From the NCBI GenBank assembly GCA_040954595.2, contig CM082578.2, positions 1,842,831 to 1,906,830 of the forward strand: a DNA stretch of 64,000 bases. The letters run 5' to 3'. Source of the stretch: Balanoglossus misakiensis. Its lineage: Eukaryota > Animalia > Hemichordata. Shown here one piece after another: positions 49,906 through 62,480 of the stretch. Under the pieces are notes generated by a model. The model made no database searches. It was not told the origin of the DNA and saw only the letters and a program-made list of their open reading frames with translations. Made by a program: the position numbers and the translations under genes. Within the stretch, counting starts at the first letter, position 1; each line of letters begins with the position of its first letter.

Positions 49906-52317
49906 GCAACGGTACCACCTGCCCCACAACAACAAAGCTGACTCGAGGCCACAAACCACGTACAATTTACTCGCACGGTGTCAAACAACGCATAAATTCC
50001 ATGCGACAGTGAGTTTACTGTTCGACGCTGTAACGCTTCCCAAAGTCAGAATTTCGATGTTGGGAGGACACTCTCGCCCTACCACGACCAGTTTTTGCTA
50101 GAAGGAGTGTACATGTACTTGTAAAACAACATTAAATGCCATGCTTACCAGAGAAACGACATCATCAAGCATGGAGGCGACCGGGACCTCCATGCTTGAT
50201 GAACGTCAAAGCTGCAATGATTTTTCAAATGCAACGGTCAGCGGTACGAAAACGAGGCACCACCTGTGCGTCAATTATGCAAATTAGTTACTACTCAATC
50301 AGAATCCTGCTTCAATATGACATCACACTAATTAGTCAAAGTATGCAGTGCAACGTATGTGTGCAGGTGGAGAATGCGCCTCACGTCAATGCAGACACAC
50401 AAGACACACAAACTGAAATGCAAATTGATGAATTCTGTCACGGCGTTCTTTTGAAGTGCGAATGAATAAAATATTTCGTTTTCTTCAGTGTTTTTGTACT
50501 ACAAAAAAAATGCGAAAAAACAAATAGCAAGCGCTTATGCTATGAAATACAAATAAATATCAGTTATGGCCATGTGGAAATGGAACGTCAATCCGCATTT
50601 GTCAAATATAATAGAAAAGACAAAGGAGCTGAGACGTCCTAAAATAAAAGGAATGACCTCTCCGTTCTGACCTGTATGAGGAAGCCCTATTGTAATACGC
50701 AATATGTCGGATCATGCTACCATCCGCCATTCTGATTGGACGAGAGCTCAATCCATCGAAAGGAAAGTACTCAATAGAGCACTGCTAAAACTGGCCCCTG
50801 AACTAATAGCATGCAACAAGGAAAACGTGACTAAATAAATAAAAAAATATAGCTGATAAATTTACGGACGGCCGGTTTATTTTTTAACTGCTCTATAGGA
50901 ACTGTTGTCACTGTCATGCACGATGCATGTCTTGTCACTGCGCACTCGTGTTAACATTCATCAGAGCGCCTTTCGATAAATTCGTAACGTTTACATTAGA
51001 CTCGAGTTCATTTTCGTTATGAAAATGACATTGATATACCACAAAATCGATTACTGATATAAAATAATAGCAATAACCCTAACCATAGATTAGGCTATAG
51101 CATTCCGGTAATTTTTTCAATATCACTCAGGAAGGATTCTATAACATTCTGTTTTGTATCGGCATGTATAATTTAATATCCATACTACAAAACAAATATC
51201 AGCGGTAACTCAGAATATATTGTTGAAAATTTGCTCACTGTAGGCCTGACCATGGTAAGATTATGCAATACTGGTAAGTATTTTGGGAGACTAGGTTGCA
51301 TTGTATTGTCTGGTGTTCAAAAAATCACAAACATCCCGGACGACTAAATTCTTTCTTTCAAAACCACTTCTGCAACGACAAGAACTTTCACGAGTACGAG
51401 CATTCGGGGCAGGCAAAAACCATGGTATGAAGACGATATGAAGTCGATGAGTTAATGTTATGTTGAACCCGCTTTTAAATACTAGGTTTGGTATGTTTTT
51501 GCGCTTGTCTTTTTCTTTTTGTTTATAAATAGTCGTATATTTTAAAATAGCTCAAATGAGTCAATGGGACATTTTTCCATCCCACCTCATCCTAACTAAG
51601 GTTTTCAGTGGCCGGTCACCTGCACACATTAAATTTACCACGGACAAATTGAAATACAGCCAATCGAAAAAAGTGCGCCACCACATGGTCATTTGAAGAC
51701 TTTGACGCGCTCTCCTGGCCGTAAACGCATGTGATCCGGAATAAATCGAACCTCGGTCGTGTTTTATTTATTTTCACCACCAGCGAAAATCTACGACGGC
51801 CCAACCGCAGATTGTTGCTGCTCCGTACAACAACCGGCTTAAACTGTTCTGTGCATGTGTTTTGTGTTCTGGTGGTGTTTGCGGGTCTGAGACGTCAGTG
51901 TATAAGGCCCTTATCGTTTTGTACCAATAACTTTTACCCACCTAGACTCTCTCGCAGCCCCTCTTGCCGTCCATGCAGGCTTATGGACTGATTGCATGCA
52001 GGTTCGCTACACAACACCATATGGGGCTTCTCCTTTTCTAAACAGTTGAGGGCGCATCAGTGAAGAGCCTTGTAGCGAACGTGGGCTGTGAGAGAGTCTA
52101 TTACCCACCATGCTAGAACTTTTTCGTTTTCTTTGACGACGCTTAACACTTTTAATTTCTTGCTTTGTTGTTGGTAGTTTGTTTGTTCGTTACGTCTGTA
52201 ACTGGGGTTCTTCACTTGTGGAATATACTGCTTATTTCTTGTGTATCTGCATTATGTTGATGTTGTCGCTCCTCTGGCAGAGAAGCCAGGGTTCTAGCTG
52301 TTGGCTTTAATATTAAA

Positions 52318-52575
52318 TGGACTGTTCAGAATTTACTTCCGGGGGCGGAGGATTTTGAGGGGGGACCACCAATTTTCTCCAAGAAAAATTAGGGGGGAAC
52401 AGACATAAAAACCACAATCCTTTAAGGGGGACCATGGAAAAAAACGAGAAAATTTAAGGGGGGACCACAGATTTCCTCCACAATTCACTAGGGGGGGGGG
52501 GGACCGTGAAAAAAAATCACCAGGAAAATAAAAAATCCTCCGGCCCCACCCTGGAAGTAAATTCTGAACAGTTCC
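52318..52575. mobile_element. PIF/Harbinger-type MITE
   Basis: ACTGTTCAGAATTTACTTCC / GGAAGTAAATTCTGAACAGT TIRs, TAA on the right side and internal GGGGGACC repeats. Confidence 0.75.
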
Positions 52576-53523
52576 TAATGTTTGTTTGCTTGTTTGTTTA
52601 TTTGTGTGTTTGTTTGTTTGTGTATTCTATGACGCTTCTGTCACATTTGGCGTTTACTGTTGCATGAACAATGACCAAACCGACTCGACTGTATTTGGAC
52701 GCACAATGGGTTTAAGAGTTAATCCATCGGTGTTTACCAGCCTAAACCATTCGATTTCTATAACTCTGTTGCAACAAGTGAGAACCATAGTCTATGTGAG
52801 AACCTAGTAATATATACATGTAAATCAGAAGGCCAGTAACTGCATGTTTACCAGACTGGCGTGCAGTGACACCTACCACAAAATGGTATCGCCCAAATAA
52901 TGTTGGGTAGAAGTTATGAGCCCGGTAAAAATAGCGCGAGCTATACATGGAAAAAAGTTGTTTTCCAAAAATAGAACAAAATGGGAATTCAATTCAGTGA
53001 ATATGATTGGCACTTACGGAGTTTTAAATCAAAATAGTGGATTCATACCAATGAATACAAGTCAAGAAGTCACGTAGGGATCATGAAACAGACCTATTGA
53101 TCATGTCATGATTATGTACAAGTAGCCATACAAAATTTTGAGTGAACTAGAGAGAAGTATACTAGTTATCGCTTGAATTTCATGTTTCGTTTTATTCAGA
53201 TGTAGTCAACATTCATTTCAACAAGTCTATAACATGATTTTGAAATGATTTTCAAAAGTACACAATTCCATATGAAAATGTTACTTTTAGATTTGTAAAT
53301 TTTTCTGTGTGTTTGAGTTCAAGTGCATAGGCTGACTCAAACATTCTTTGCATCAACATTTACCGTCCTTTCAAAAATCCTGCCTGTAGTCCAGGTTTTA
53401 CATTTGCACTTAATAGCATTATAACACCATCATGTCATCCACATGTTACCCTCATAGCCAGTCACAGTGTGTATATTGTGATTCATGAAGTACATGCTGT
53501 TCTACAGATTTTTTTGTGGAGAT

Positions 53524-53524
<1 letters not shown>

Positions 53525-53577
<53 letters not shown>
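53525..53577. repeat. (CA)n microsatellite
   Basis: About 26 CA units. Confidence 0.95.
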
Positions 53578-53580
<3 letters not shown>

Positions 53581-53612
53581 CAACCGATAGACAAACAGAC
53601 TGCTTGATAATA

Positions 53613-54593
53613 CAGTGAAACCTGTCTATTAAGGAAACCTCTAGCTCTGGGACTGGAAAATGTGTCCTTAATAGGGAGGTATCCTTAATCGACAGGTTGT
53701 ATTCTATTCAAACTGTGACTTTTGTCATGAAAAAAATGTCCTTAAGATGGGTCCCTAGGATCTTTTTGCTCGTTGCTATGGGCCTTTATAGGACACTACA
53801 CTCAATTTTGATCGAAACCGTTATGAACGTCTGACAAGGGGCTTGTAACTAGTTAAAAATATACACGATTGTGTGCACACCCCCTGTCTGAGTATGTTTA
53901 CGGCAGCTACCGCCCGGCCATAGGCCGCCACGCTAATACGGCAAAGCAGCGGTCAGCGATAGCGTGCGCGTCCTGTAACCACAGTAACTGGATCGAACGC
54001 TAAAAATCCAATGTTTTGTACACAGAGATTTTGTACCGTTCACGAAAATCCCTAAGGCTTTTTTCACAGGCGACGTAGGCCAGTCAAATTTGACCTGCTT
54101 GTTGAGAACGCACTTCCGCATAGTGTGACGGATCGTTTTTTCGGTTTTCGTCGTGCTAAGAAGCGATACCAGTGGAAGAGTGCGTCCAAAAACACCCAAA
54201 ATCGATGACTTTTTCAGGTGTGGTACGGGTATGCTGAAATCGTAGGATACAACGATAATATTCGAAAACAAAATCCGTCACGATCTTCCCTGGTTCAAGC
54301 AACTAATGAATACGTATCAAGTTCGTTTTTGAGGTCACGGAATAAAAAGCCTTAGGCTTTTGAAATTCGACCTAACTAATTTGCATATCAATGGCGTCAG
54401 GGGGCGCGCGCTCACAATCGTGCGTATTTTTAACTAGTTACCAGCCCCTTGTTAGACTCTAAAAACGGCTTAGTCCAAATCGGGGTGTAATGTCCTATAA
54501 AGGCCCATAGCAACGGGCAAAAAGATCCTAGGGACCCATCTTAATAGAGAGGTGTCCTGATTAGAGAGGTGTCTGTAATGACAGGTTTCACTG
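53613..54593. mobile_element. Tc1/mariner-type MITE (TA TSD) hosting a nested element
   Basis: TA|CAGTGAAACCTGTC ... GACAGGTTTCACTG|TA. Confidence 0.85.
53746..54540. mobile_element. Non-autonomous DNA transposon with TTAA TSD and long TIRs (Kolobok-like)
   Basis: TTAA|GATGGGTCCCTAGGATCTTTTTGC...ATAGGACA is inverted to TGTCCTATAAAGG...AAAGATCCTAGGGACCCATC|TTAA, with arms of ~125 bp. A 5'-RR terminus favours Kolobok over piggyBac. Confidence 0.8.
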
Positions 54594-54768
54594 TATGCTC
54601 TGACTGATCGCAAAAGCTGAAACTTTTATGTGTTTGTAGATACAACACAAAGGAACTAAAAATAAGGCATTCACATAGGGACCATTGAAAGGTTTCTGAA
54701 ACATCTCAACTCAAATATTGACATAAAATATGTGAACAGTTTAAGTCTTCCTGGAACGTTTCAGCTTT

Positions 54769-55300
54769 AGTGCCTTTCACACGTGCCGTCAACGCAGCCC
54801 CAGCGGCGGCCCTAGGGCGGAGTTAATTTGTAAGTGCCACGTGTGAAAAGGTGAGAGCGGCCCTGCGCCGGTCTTTTTCGGATGGTGTTGAGGGGTGGGA
54901 CCTGGGTCGGGGCGCCGCACTAAGCAGCGATTCAAATCACGTGTGAACAGAAACACCGCACTAAACGCCGATCTAAACGCACTCTGCCGATGCGGTTTGT
55001 CTCATTAAGCGCCGCATTAAGCGTTGAGGTTCACTTTACTAAAACAATGGCCGAAGCAGTGTCTCGAGGCAACAATTGGAGTGACGCGGAAATGGCCAAG
55101 GCACATACACAGGAATTGCAAACTCGACCTCCGACGACGATTTTGTAGCATGGACTGCAGTCTTCCAATCGCAACCTCCAATGAAAGGTTACCATAAACG
55201 GGTATCGGGTCATTCAAATGCCCATGAAATCGGCGTCGACGACGTTTAAAAAGCTAATTCAAGAGTACCATATACAGTAAACACATCACTGGATCCGCCA
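54769..55300 (+). mobile_element. Truncated PIF/Harbinger element with a decayed Myb/SANT-like gene start
   Basis: Terminus AGTGCCTTTCACAC after TTT and a GC-rich subterminal region. ATG at 55047 gives MAEAVSRGNNWSDAE, and RRRLKKLIQEY follows later, broken by stops and frameshifts. Confidence 0.55.
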
Positions 55301-56519
55301 TAGTGTCTCAAATTTTTCCCTGCCTGAACCTGGTATCTGAAATGTTTCTCATTTTACCCAGTGTAAACACGGTGAAAGACAAAATGTCCTATATCTGTAT
55401 AACATAGATCATAAATTTATAATACACTTGGTCTGATTGCAGCTCTGTAATTGGTTGAAGCAAGGGTTTACATTCTCTACTAGAAGACCTGAACAGTAAA
55501 TAACTGAAATAAAATACACAGAAGAGAATGCACCTGAATAGTCCTGTTTCATAAGTCAGGTCAATGACATATGTACTGACATCTGTGATTGGTCCATCTG
55601 GTAATCTTAAGTCCACTTGCAGCACGCTGATTGGAGGGACCTTATGTGTTAGGTCTTATTATTATGTATTATTCATTAGACCTTGTAGGTTAGGTCTTAT
55701 TACTATGTATTATTCACTTTACAGCTCCCTGATTGGTTAATGTGTAGGTCTGGTCCTCCAGCGTTCACTGCCTCATTATGGAGGACCTTGTAGGTTAGGT
55801 CTTATTAATATGTATTTATTCAATTTTTAGCTCCCTGATTGGTTAATGTGTAGGTCTCCAGTTTTCACTGCCTCGTTATGCAAAGTCTTTTGTACTTTCT
55901 GAATACTGTTGTCGTATTCTGTCTGGCATGCTGCCTGCGTGTGGTCGAAGCTCGCGATCGATCCCAGTGTATAAAGAAAGGCACTCATATAATGATTGGA
56001 TTTCACCTTGTTTCATAATTCCTTCACTATTCATGGCATTTTATGTGATACTGTGAACTAGATACTCGAAAAAAACATTGCCATGAGAAATTTTGTATTT
56101 TATTTCCTGTGGGGGTTTAGTGTTTTGTTACGTAATGCCTTTCAGCGCGTCACTTCGTGTAGCACCTGGCTGAATACGAAGCTTAGGCTGTGCAATTCAT
56201 TCGAGCAAACCAAATAAATCTTAGAATAGAAATGTTTAGAATAGCATTGCATTGCTTTGGGACACCTCGTTAGTTGCTTTACGGGTATGATTACTTTTTA
56301 ATTTTACTTCTTTCACGAAGCTGCACATAGTTCCCGATTTTTTTAGGAAAGCAATACGAATGTCTACGAATTACGGACAACGTGCTCCTTATCACAACAT
56401 CTTCGTCAAAACTCAATTACTTTAATAACAATAATAATAATAATGAAAAGTAGGTGTATAATAAAAATTACTGGTAGTATTATACCAAAAATGAACTAAA
56501 ATACGTTGTAAAAAAATGT

Positions 56520-57636
56520 TCAAAGTCCATCTAAATGCTCGTTCAATCTCTCCAACGTGCGGTGGATGTTGGCAATCTTATCTGGAAGGTCATTCCTTAA
56601 AAAATAATGTATAACTCGTGGGCTTCCCGGACGAGTTGATACAGCCGCACTCTACCCTGTCGTGGTTGCTGCCTATCGGGAAGGGGTTCTTCCGGCAAGG
56701 GGATGTCCCTTGCGTCCGCAGCATCAGCAGGGTATTCTGCTGGTCCGGGCACAGGCTCTTCCCGTTGATCAAATGGGTAGTGATATGGATCGGGAACCAT
56801 CATAGGAACAGGTCCAGGGGCCTGTCTTTCCGGCAATGGTGGCACAACCGGAACAGGCGGCTGAATTGGCTGTCCACCAGCCTGAGCCTGGACCACCCCT
56901 GGCATGAGTGGTACATGTACAGCAGTGGTACATGTACAGCAGCTGCCAGCAACTGCGGCTGGCCTCCTTGCTGTCTGGCTCTTCTCTCATCGGGGGAAGC
57001 TAGTGCCGCATAGCGCATCTCTTGCTCTCTCATTTGACGAGCACTGTAATGATAAAAAAACGAACAATATCAGTTTCTGGATGTGAGAGAACAAAGGTAC
57101 TACTCAGGCCAAGAAAAATGCGTAGCCAGTAACACTACCAATCTTATTTTAAACACTGTCTGACCCTATATGTTAATTTCGCCATTTCACAGAAAATCCC
57201 GCGAAATGACGACAGATTAGCGGGAAATTTGAAATCAAACGTAATTGCCACCACTATTCTATCAAGGGTTTTGGTCTGTATGTATTCCCCAGAAGATACA
57301 TCAGGCCGGCAACAAAAAACGTTCTGTTTGTACATACTAGCTATATTATTACTGACGTCAAGTTCTCAAAATAATCTATAAAAAATTGACAACTCACCCA
57401 GCTACACGCCTTATCACAATATTGCGAACACGTCGCCGTAGTTGTCGCATGAGACCGTTAGTGTACAGCCTCACGGTTTCTTCCGGCAAACCACTTTGTA
57501 TCATCAAGCGAGGGGGTTGCCTGATAAAACGGACGATGGCGTCATAATCAGTATTATGGACTCGCATTCCGGCAGAAACTAGTCCGATTTCGGCTTCTGT
57601 TACAGGAACGCGTGCTACACGTGGTGTTGCAGCCAT
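56520..57636 (-). pseudogene. Accessory gene of the Pangu-like transposon (2 exons: 57636-57398, 57043-56520), Pro/Gln-rich, frameshifted
   Basis: MAATPRVARV...IRRVAG|GTGAGT, a phase-2 intron, then TTACAG|T-GCT-CGT-CAA-ATG continues in frame. A 17-bp tandem duplication at ~56907-56940 breaks the frame. A second shift precedes the C-terminal NDLPDKIANIHRTLERLNEHLDGL*. Confidence 0.7.
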
Positions 57637-57906
57637 GTTGGTTGTTGAGAAAGACAAAAGTTTTACATTGAGAGATGACCACCGTGATCTTTGGACTACG
57701 AGCACCTGTTTAACTTTGAATTTACAATATGAATTGACCAATCAAAACTAAACTGTAGAAAACGCTTCACGTTTGCAGTGATCTTTGTAATGCAAATCCT
57801 CAGGAGATCTTCAAACATGGTGATTGTGTTGGCCTTTATGAACGTAACCAGATATAGAAGGTCATCAATACTATCATAGGAGCATAATGAAAGACTCGTA
57901 TTATGT

Positions 57907-57907
<1 letters not shown>

Positions 57908-57943
<36 letters not shown>
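57908..57943. repeat. (CAT)n microsatellite
   Basis: About 12 CAT units. Confidence 0.9.
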
Positions 57944-57944
<1 letters not shown>

Positions 57945-58981
57945 AGATGTGTGATGAAATAAATGTGTATAGCCGACGCACTTAATTTGGAGACAAAATG
58001 AATAGAATGATCTCTTGGGGACAAAATGCTGACTCAGGTTTTTTTCTCGGAGTTACAATGCATGGTCTTGTGTCTCACAAATGAGTGCGGTGACCCTAGT
58101 ATTTTATTTCAGATTTTGATAACGGGGACAAAGAAGAATCCCAAAACCGACTATTTGGAGAAATGTCAATACTTTCACTTTTACCACTCATACATTTTCT
58201 TAACTCGTGACAAATTTTCGCTGGTATAACCATGGTAAAATAAACTTAGGGCTTCAGAGTATGAAAATATCAGTGCCATTTTTACTGAAAGCCGATTTCC
58301 ATTTTTGTCAAAGTGTTTTGTGGAGAACAGAACAACTCTGCAAATTTAGAAAACAAAATTTAATAGGAAATATTGTGGAGCAAAATTGTTCGGTCATCAC
58401 GTTTCTTCAGTGGATCTTTAGGGTTGGAACTTTCTGAGGAGATCTCTGTAAAAATTAAGCACGGTGGCAAAGTTTTTATTTTATTTATTTTATCAGAATA
58501 GTTTTTCAAGGTAAATTTTAAATTACAGTAGTAAGTTCCATTTATTTTACGTACAATCCTATTGACAAGTATATGTCGACCATGGGTAGTTCCCACAGAG
58601 CAACGAAATTACTCAAATGCAGACTTGTGTATATTATATAGCTGGTTTCAGATACGCCAGTGTACTTACATGATTAAAGTTTTTTGTCTAGTAGACACGT
58701 GACATTCTCATAATAGTTCCTGTGATTTGGTATTTGTTTTAAATTCACACTGCATTAATCAACTCCATAGAATTGGTGGACTCAGTTTGAAACCTACGAA
58801 GTTATATTTCGGGTAGAAGCAACTATCATTTTTGGCCCTAAAGCACCTGTAATTTATGTCTAACTAATTTCACGGTTATGATTGGTAGGAAAGGTTGTTG
58901 ACACCTGTTCTATGGAAAGCTTTCATGTCTAAATACTGACTCATCGGACTACAATCACTCCAGTTGAAAGTCTACATCAAA

Positions 58982-60086
58982 ATGTCGCTGCAACGCAATC
59001 ACGTTGTCTTGATGATTTCGCAACTTCTCAGCTTACTTGCTACCTTGCAGTTCATTTCTGTGGCTATCCATCCTCCCATTTATTGTGAAGAAGAATTGCG
59101 TATGCTAACACAATCTGGTGAAACAGAACTATTACTGCTGCTTCTCACACTTCTTTTGTCTGTTTCGCGTCCACCAATGGAACAACCGCCGGACATTTAC
59201 AGACTACTCTTCCCGGACAACAACGGTAATAACGACACACATGGTATCGACGTCTGGAGCTCATTGTCTCAAAGACCACGCTACTTGTGGTTTTTGACAG
59301 GAGAGACGGTTCCGTCATTTGAAGCCATTGTTAGAGATCTGGAACCGCGGCTCCGCAATCGAGGTGACGTAAATGGATCTTCCGGGCGACCATTTTCTCT
59401 GGACCCACAAAATCGTTTTTTGTTGATTTTCGTTTGGTTAAGACATTACCCCACTTTGGATTTATTGGCAGCTTGGTTTGGAGTAAGCAGAGGGACTGCA
59501 AACAGAGAAATTTACCATATTTTGCCTTTACTTTCGCCGCATGGTACGATGGCCTACGATGCAACGTTGCCATCAGTTACGAGGTCAGTGGGATTTCTTT
59601 CCGGATGCCATCGGTACAATACCGACCCGAATCTGAAGGCCAATACAATAACCTCTTTTACAGCGGGTATGCAAGATATCATTGCATGAGCACTCAAGTC
59701 TTTGTGGACAACCAGGGGAGCATTATACACATCCAATCTGGATTTCTTGGTCATGCTAACGATGCAGCACAATTCCAGCTACTGGAGAATTGCCGATTCC
59801 ACGTGAAACTTACTTGTTGGCTGATCAGGGTTATCCAAACAGATATCCACTGCTAACGAGGTACCCATCCCGTCAACTCGTCGGCCCATTTCGCGTGGAG
59901 AAGCGAGTTTTTAATCGAGAGTTCAATCAAGCCCGTGTGAATATCGAACACAGCATTAAGTATATCAAAACATATCGAGTAACTAGCGAAATATATCGCC
60001 ATCCTCGTTGGTTTATGCCAGTTATTGTCGAAGTATGTACATTCTTGGCACAGAGACACATTAACTTGTATCATAACTTAAGGTAG
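58982..60086 (+). pseudogene. DDE_Tnp_4/HTH_Tnp_4-type transposase, frameshifted
   Basis: LWFLTGET...LDPQNRFLLIFVWLRHYPTLDLLAAWFGVSRGTANR (HTH), FYSGY..YHC...GFLGHANDA, LLADQGY and RVNIEHSI are spread over three frames. The first catalytic-Asp (IDG) motif is not visible and is probably deleted. Confidence 0.88.
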
Positions 60087-61810
60087 TATCTGTTCGCCGA
60101 CGGCAATGAGACATAATTATTTATTGTATTTTTTGACATTAAGGTCTTTTATTCTGAACATCTGAGACATTCTGAACATTTCGAGCCAATTGTATGTATT
60201 GTGTATAACACACGTAAAGAGATTTTGTTTACCGTTTTTTGATATGCATTCGGATTTTTTTGGATTAAATCACATTTTTGACTTGTTATAATAATGGTAA
60301 TGTGTAATTTTCGTATCTCTGTGGTAAGGAGAATTTAGTGTAAATTTCAGAGCGTTGGCTAACTTATCAGAACATTATGGGCTGAATATTGTAAAAAAAA
60401 TTCGGGAAGGTGCAAAATAGGACAAATTTTCCATTTTAGGACGTAATATTCAAAATGAAAATCACGGAAATCACTTTTTCAGTATATAAATTGGGATCGT
60501 ATATGTCGGGTATGACCGGTACAACTGACCCACGAGAATCAAGGAGGGCTTGCACTAACTGGTCAGTCGACTGCGAACATCTGTTCTCACACGGCCACAA
60601 TTTTCGAGTAGCCCCATATGTTTCCTTGAAGCTCTATTGTTCCCGCTTGTCATTCACAGCCCTCGCTGTTGTACATGCGGCCAATGCGCCAGTCAAATGA
60701 AAAAAAAAACGTGTAGTTTGTATCCGTAAGCAGCAATAGGAAACACCAAGCCAACGTGCCTTGTAATGCATTAGGGGACAGAGAGAAGTATTAAGCATGA
60801 AAATTCAACGCATGAAGATTTGTCTGGCATGTTTCGTTGTAACTTTATGTCGAGTCGCGGAAATCACTACAGCTGTATAACGTGGCAGTGAAAACTGGAG
60901 ACCTACGCATTAACCAATCAGGGAGCTGTAAAGTGAATAATACATAGTAATAAGACCTAACCTATAATGAGGTAGTGAACACCGGAGGACCAGACCTACA
61001 CTTTAACCAATCAGGGAGCTGTAAAGTGAATAATACATAGTAATAAGACCTAACCTATAATGAGGTAGTGAACACCGGAGGACCAGACCTACACTTTAAC
61101 CAATCAGGGAGCTGTAAAGTGAATAATACATAGTAATAAGACCTAACACATAAGGTCCCTCCAATCAGCGTGCCACAAGTGGACCTTAGAGAAGCGGATG
61201 AACCAATCAGAACATGTAATACATGTGCATAGGACCTGTAATGTAGATCATTTTGAAACAGGACTAATAGAACACAGTTTATAAACTTGGATTGGTCATG
61301 GGCATCAAGGCGCTCTACTTAAGAAATTCTACAACATGTTTGTACAAGTGGCATTTTACATGAGCAATGAGGCCTTTCTGGCATGTAATACTTAAAATCA
61401 AAACATCAGATTTTTTATCACGCAAAATCATATTATAAATGACATTTTAAATGGTGTGCACTTATATTTGGTTACGGATTTAAAACCTCTTTGATGAAAA
61501 TTTTGCCGAGAAGTCTTTTGTCTACAACCAAATACCCACTATGTACATATCATTCAGATTGCTCAATACTTATCAACAAGTTCACCAGTGGTTTCCAGAA
61601 ATCTATGGAGTACCATATGCCATTTTCATTGTGCCTCCCCCCATCTATTTCAATACAATAAATAATGGCTGGCTTGATTTTTCCCCAGGACTTTTGAAGA
61701 ATAGTTTTTGTTCAAGATATAGACAACATTCCAGATGTGTATGAAAACTCAAAGGAAAATAATACATTTGACCTGTCACCAGTTGTGAATAAAGTAAATA
61801 TTTTCATAAA

Positions 61811-62386
61811 CTACATATTATAATCAAATTTAAACTCGTATGTGATGAATAATCGTCTCAACATAAGAGCTGCTAAGGCTAGACTTAACAGCACGATCAA
61901 CACGAAAGAATTGCTATTTTCTTGCTGATGTATCTGGCGATTATTTTGATTTGATTGTGTGTCGTTTCTTCTTCTGGGTTGCTCATACCCTTGCTGGCTG
62001 ACATTTCTTTGTCTTATGTTTGTCTCTGTGGTAGCATTGTCATTGGCATTTCTCTGGGAAGTGTTTTCAGTGTTGGCAGTTGCAGGTTCTGGTGCTAGGG
62101 GAGTGTTGACATATGCATGGGGTGTTGCATCGGCTGGCGGTTGAACGGTGTTGTCGTTGTTTGATGCCGCCTCTCTGTGTTGCGGCGGCTGTCCAGCTCC
62201 TGCAAACGCAGCATACTGAGACACGAATGGGTTCGGGTATGACATCTGCTGGAAGTGTTGCTGGTATGCTGCGGCTGGATAGGGTGGGAGTTGTTGGTTC
62301 GCAGCAGCTACAGGCTGGGGTGTGTCTGTACTTGTGCTTGTTGTGGCAGTATCATCAGAGGTTGCTGTGCTTTTCTTTGTCTCTTC
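61811..62386 (-). CDS. UBE2J1: Last coding exon of ubiquitin-conjugating enzyme E2 J1 (tail-anchored ERAD E2)
   Basis: Acceptor TTTTATCCTCCACAG|GAA opens 191 codons ending SFVLIVLLSLALAALMLRRLFITYEFKFDYNM*. This closely resembles the vertebrate UBE2J1 C-terminus as recalled (SAVLIVILTLALAALIFRRIYLANEYIFDFEL). The UBC domain exons are outside the window. Confidence 0.85.
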   Translation of the reverse strand, partial: EETKKSTATSDDTATTSTSTDTPQPVAAANQQLPPYPAAAYQQHFQQMSYPNPFVSQYAAFAGAGQPPQHREAASNNDNTVQPPADATPHAYVNTPLAPEPATANTENTSQRNANDNATTETNIRQRNVSQQGYEQPRRRNDTQSNQNNRQIHQQENSNSFVLIVLLSLALAALMLRRLFITYEFKFDYNM

Positions 62387-62480
62387 CTGTGGAGGATAAA
62401 AAGAACGCAGTGTTTTTGCAAAGGTCGGGGAACATTGGTAATGGATTTGGGAACCCCGTTAATATTCCTATAACCCCTAA

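Larger units (their letters stand above)
43122..50465 (-). ncRNA. Putative spliced structured non-coding (or short-ORF) transcript. Candidate exons: ~50465-50385, 50263-50149, 49245-49171, 48607-48535, 44451-44378, 43194-43122
   Basis: On the minus strand the five internal modules have a CAG/TAG acceptor preceded by TTGA(TT/CG)CA or TCGATTCA and an upstream branch-like ACTAA/ATTAA. They share the donor G|GTAAGCA. An Inr-like TCATTC and a GTGAG donor mark a possible first exon. There is no expression evidence. Confidence 0.4.
55540..61265. mobile_element. Full-length PHIS-group DNA transposon (Pangu-like) with AAT TSD
   Basis: AAT|AGTCCTGTTTCA ... TGAAACAGGACT|AAT. Inverted CCAAT-rich subterminal repeats lie at 55610-55880 and 60880-61180 (93-bp period on the right). 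The element carries two divergent genes. Confidence 0.88.

Noticed and set aside
43122-50465. Hammerhead ribozyme, telomerase RNA or SL RNA identity for the exon modules
   Set aside because: I found no CUGANGA/GAAA core in hammerhead geometry, no CUAACCCU template within the modules and no clear Sm site.
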